The position numbers and the translations under genes were made by a program. The notes beneath the pieces were generated by a model. It was not told the origin of the DNA. It saw only the letters and a program-made list of their open reading frames with translations, and made no database searches. From the NCBI GenBank assembly GCA_003345595.1, contig PRDI01000040.1, positions 1 to 39,292 on the forward strand: DNA of 39,292 bases. The letters run 5' to 3'. Numbering within the stretch: the first letter of the stretch is position 1; each line of letters opens with the position of its first letter. This DNA comes from Candidatus Thorarchaeota archaeon (lineage in GTDB: Archaea > Asgardarchaeota > Thorarchaeia > Thorarchaeales > Thorarchaeaceae). Positions 37,039-39,292 of the stretch are shown here, piece after piece.

Positions 37039-38130
37039 ATGTGCAAGGCTGAACCCTCGGGATTAGAGGATGGGAAAGTGCACCCTTCGGACCGGTCCAA
37101 GAGAGGCATTCTTCTGATAGATTCGTCCGTAGTCCGCAGAACCGGCTTGAAGGCATTGGTTGTGAGCGTGCCAGTACTCACGGGATACACCATCTTCCTC
37201 ACGTTGCTTTCACCGGTTTCCGGGACAGTGCCAGGGGCAATCGTGCTGCTCGCGTTCGAGGCGATGATCGGGCTGGCGGCAACGCGCGTGTATAACGGTT
37301 TTGGAGTCAGAGCCAGGGCCCTTGTCGGTTTCAAGGACCCCTCCCAGCTGACTGGCCCTAGAAGGGAAACAGTGGCAGAAACGCATCTCGAAGAGATTGC
37401 CAGACTATTCGAGAGAACGGAACGCGAAGCGAAGCGATACGACTCCATGAAAATCGATGACATGACTGATGTCGCATGGTTCGTTGTGCTTGTTTATGCA
37501 GTGGGGAGCATCGGGCTTATGGTGGCAACAGGACCGAACTTCGCGTTGTGCCTTGGGGCGATGCCGCTGACAGCCGCTATCTGCCTGATCTGCTTTGTGG
37601 ATGGCTTCAGAAGTGCATCGGTCAGAAACCTTTCCGACGACCTCGACGAGCTTGAGAACCACATCATGACACGTCTACGCATTCTTCAGTCTGTGACAAG
37701 GAATCACAACGGAACGATTCGCGTTCGCTGGCTTGATATAGGAAAAAGGCAACTCGTCGCTGATATTGGAATTGTCATCACTATTCCTAGGAGACAAAGT
37801 CACAGTGACGTCGCCGTATACTACTGGCTCGGTATTCTCTCCTCAGAGTGCGAACGTCTTGAGATTGTAGGAGAGAGCGAAATCCGCGATTTGCTTGCTA
37901 GTGTCCTAGCCGCACTCTCTATAGTTGTGGAGTTGGGCTGGAAAACTGAAGTGGAAGAAAGAGTGTCAGGGTTCCGTGTACAGATTCTGAACCCGCTTCA
38001 TGAGATAAAGGTTTCATCTCTTTCTTCAATCGTCACAACACCCACAAGCTCACAAAAGGTGTCTGAAACAATTGCTGGCACCGTTTCACAACTGCAGGAA
38101 GTACTGGGAGCCGAAGGCGCATCAATCTGA
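37039..38130 (+). CDS. Hypothetical membrane protein (about 4 TM helices plus a soluble C-terminal domain)
   Basis: 363-aa ORF with two pairs of hydrophobic helices; start uncertain. Confidence 0.65.
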   Translation: MCKAEPSGLEDGKVHPSDRSKRGILLIDSSVVRRTGLKALVVSVPVLTGYTIFLTLLSPVSGTVPGAIVLLAFEAMIGLAATRVYNGFGVRARALVGFKDPSQLTGPRRETVAETHLEEIARLFERTEREAKRYDSMKIDDMTDVAWFVVLVYAVGSIGLMVATGPNFALCLGAMPLTAAICLICFVDGFRSASVRNLSDDLDELENHIMTRLRILQSVTRNHNGTIRVRWLDIGKRQLVADIGIVITIPRRQSHSDVAVYYWLGILSSECERLEIVGESEIRDLLASVLAALSIVVELGWKTEVEERVSGFRVQILNPLHEIKVSSLSSIVTTPTSSQKVSETIAGTVSQLQEVLGAEGASI

Positions 38131-38266
38131 ACATGCAACAGACGAGAAACATAATCTGTGATCAATTTGGCCGTCAGCACGCAGAACAGAACAGTAGATT
38201 GAGTCGCTGGGCAGCTCATATAAGACGGAATTGAAAAGCGTTAGGCACAATGAGGACACGATCGAG

Positions 38267-39292
38267 ATGAAGGTCAGACTACGAATCGACACCCAGTGGC
38301 TCGATGCAGAAACGAAAGGCATGGCGAGGCTCAGAAGGGGCTACCAGTCATGGGAAGAATCAACCCTGCGAACAGCCAAGGAAGCAAAGGACCTGCGCGG
38401 CCTACGTGAGCTTTTCTACAGTCTGGGAGACCGATGGGAGTGGAATCAGACAACTGGAGCTTGGCTGGCTGAAGGAAAACCCCTCGAAACAATCGGTTTA
38501 ATCTTGCGAATGCCTGGTCTGAAGCCCGACACCGAGCGCAGCATCCTGTATGCAGTGATGGCCTACAGCAAAGGGTTCACCGCCCAGTTCGATCACTTGG
38601 GAGACAAAGAGCGGATAATCATCGAACGGAATAGGAAGACCGGACGTGTTTCTTGTTGGTCCACGACGGGCCACGGAGCAATGGACTTGTTACCTGTCGA
38701 TCTTACGGGCTTTGGGACAATTGATGATGCGCTACTAGCCTGCCACATTGTCGCACAACCCGGAGATCACGCCCTTCGCTTGGAACTCCCATCCTCAAGA
38801 AGCGGGCTGCTGGCCATTATCCAAAGACTCTGGAATCTTGCGAGTGGCAGCGAATCATTCACTCTGAAAGAGGTCGGAGTCGTTACTGCTGACGACATCG
38901 AATCAAAACTCGACATAGATTTCTATCGCTACGCCAAGGCAGTGATCGACCTTGAACGGATGTGGAAGGAACTCGGTACGGGAGCGGCTGGAAGAGTGAA
39001 GGAGGCCATATCTGATAATGTGCCTCAGGAGATTGAAGTGCAGGACAGAATCACAATGCGGAAGATTGAGGGATTACTTCATGTGTTGTGGTTCAGACCG
39101 CCTGCCCAACAGCTTCGGCACGTACAGGACCTGCGCGGGACACTCGAGTCACAACGGGCACCAACAGATCGTGAGCGTGCCCTTATTCTGCAGGTCAGGG
39201 AATTGGCAGAGAGCCTGGACTCCGTCCTTGAGAGAGCCAAGTATCTGAAGTGGAAGAGAGTGATGGAGGAAAGAAGCTACAGTCAGAGTGAG
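38267..39292 (+). CDS. Hypothetical protein, at least 342 aa, runs off the right edge of the window
   Basis: Not in the ORF track. Manual translation from ATG 38267 (MKVRLRIDTQWLDAETKGMARLRRGYQSWEE...FDHLGDKERIIIE...STTGHG...QPGDHAL...) has no stop to the end. An in-frame TTG lies at 38231. Confidence 0.8.
   Translation, partial: MKVRLRIDTQWLDAETKGMARLRRGYQSWEESTLRTAKEAKDLRGLRELFYSLGDRWEWNQTTGAWLAEGKPLETIGLILRMPGLKPDTERSILYAVMAYSKGFTAQFDHLGDKERIIIERNRKTGRVSCWSTTGHGAMDLLPVDLTGFGTIDDALLACHIVAQPGDHALRLELPSSRSGLLAIIQRLWNLASGSESFTLKEVGVVTADDIESKLDIDFYRYAKAVIDLERMWKELGTGAAGRVKEAISDNVPQEIEVQDRITMRKIEGLLHVLWFRPPAQQLRHVQDLRGTLESQRAPTDRERALILQVRELAESLDSVLERAKYLKWKRVMEERSYSQSE

Noticed and set aside
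1-39292. tRNA, rRNA, CRISPR arrays, transposases, integrases or prophage genes
   Set aside because: None was recognised. Intergenic gaps are at most ~320 bp and show no direct-repeat arrays or cloverleaf motifs by eye.

Overview
Gene-dense archaeal chromosomal region with about 36 CDS and no tRNA, rRNA, CRISPR array or mobile element that I can recognise. TATA-type promoters, GGTGA/GGAG ribosome-binding sites, a tungsten AOR, a COG1340 coiled-coil gene, DUF99 and two Roadblock/LC7 genes suggest an Asgard archaeon, possibly Thorarchaeia; this is an inference. The left 11 kb is a coherent uncharacterised catabolic cluster: two DUF917 paralogs flank a divergent calcineurin-like phosphoesterase / Pol-beta-fold nucleotidyltransferase pair, followed by a hydantoin racemase, an MFS transporter, an LLM oxidoreductase, and AOR plus ferredoxin. 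The rest holds an orphan N6-adenine methyltransferase, a DegT aminotransferase, a SerB-like HAD, a signal-less gingipain/C25-like protease, AlkA, and a CPBP protease divergent from a subtilase with eukaryotic site-1-protease (MBTPS1)-like architecture. It also holds single and tandem Roadblock proteins, a variant glmS, a RimK-family ligase, a DMT-like transporter fused to an Lrp/AsnC (RAM) domain next to a stand-alone RAM protein, an ABC exporter, a gamma-carbonic anhydrase, and a His-less PEP-utiliser swivel domain. All family calls come from motif recognition by eye; no database searches were run.
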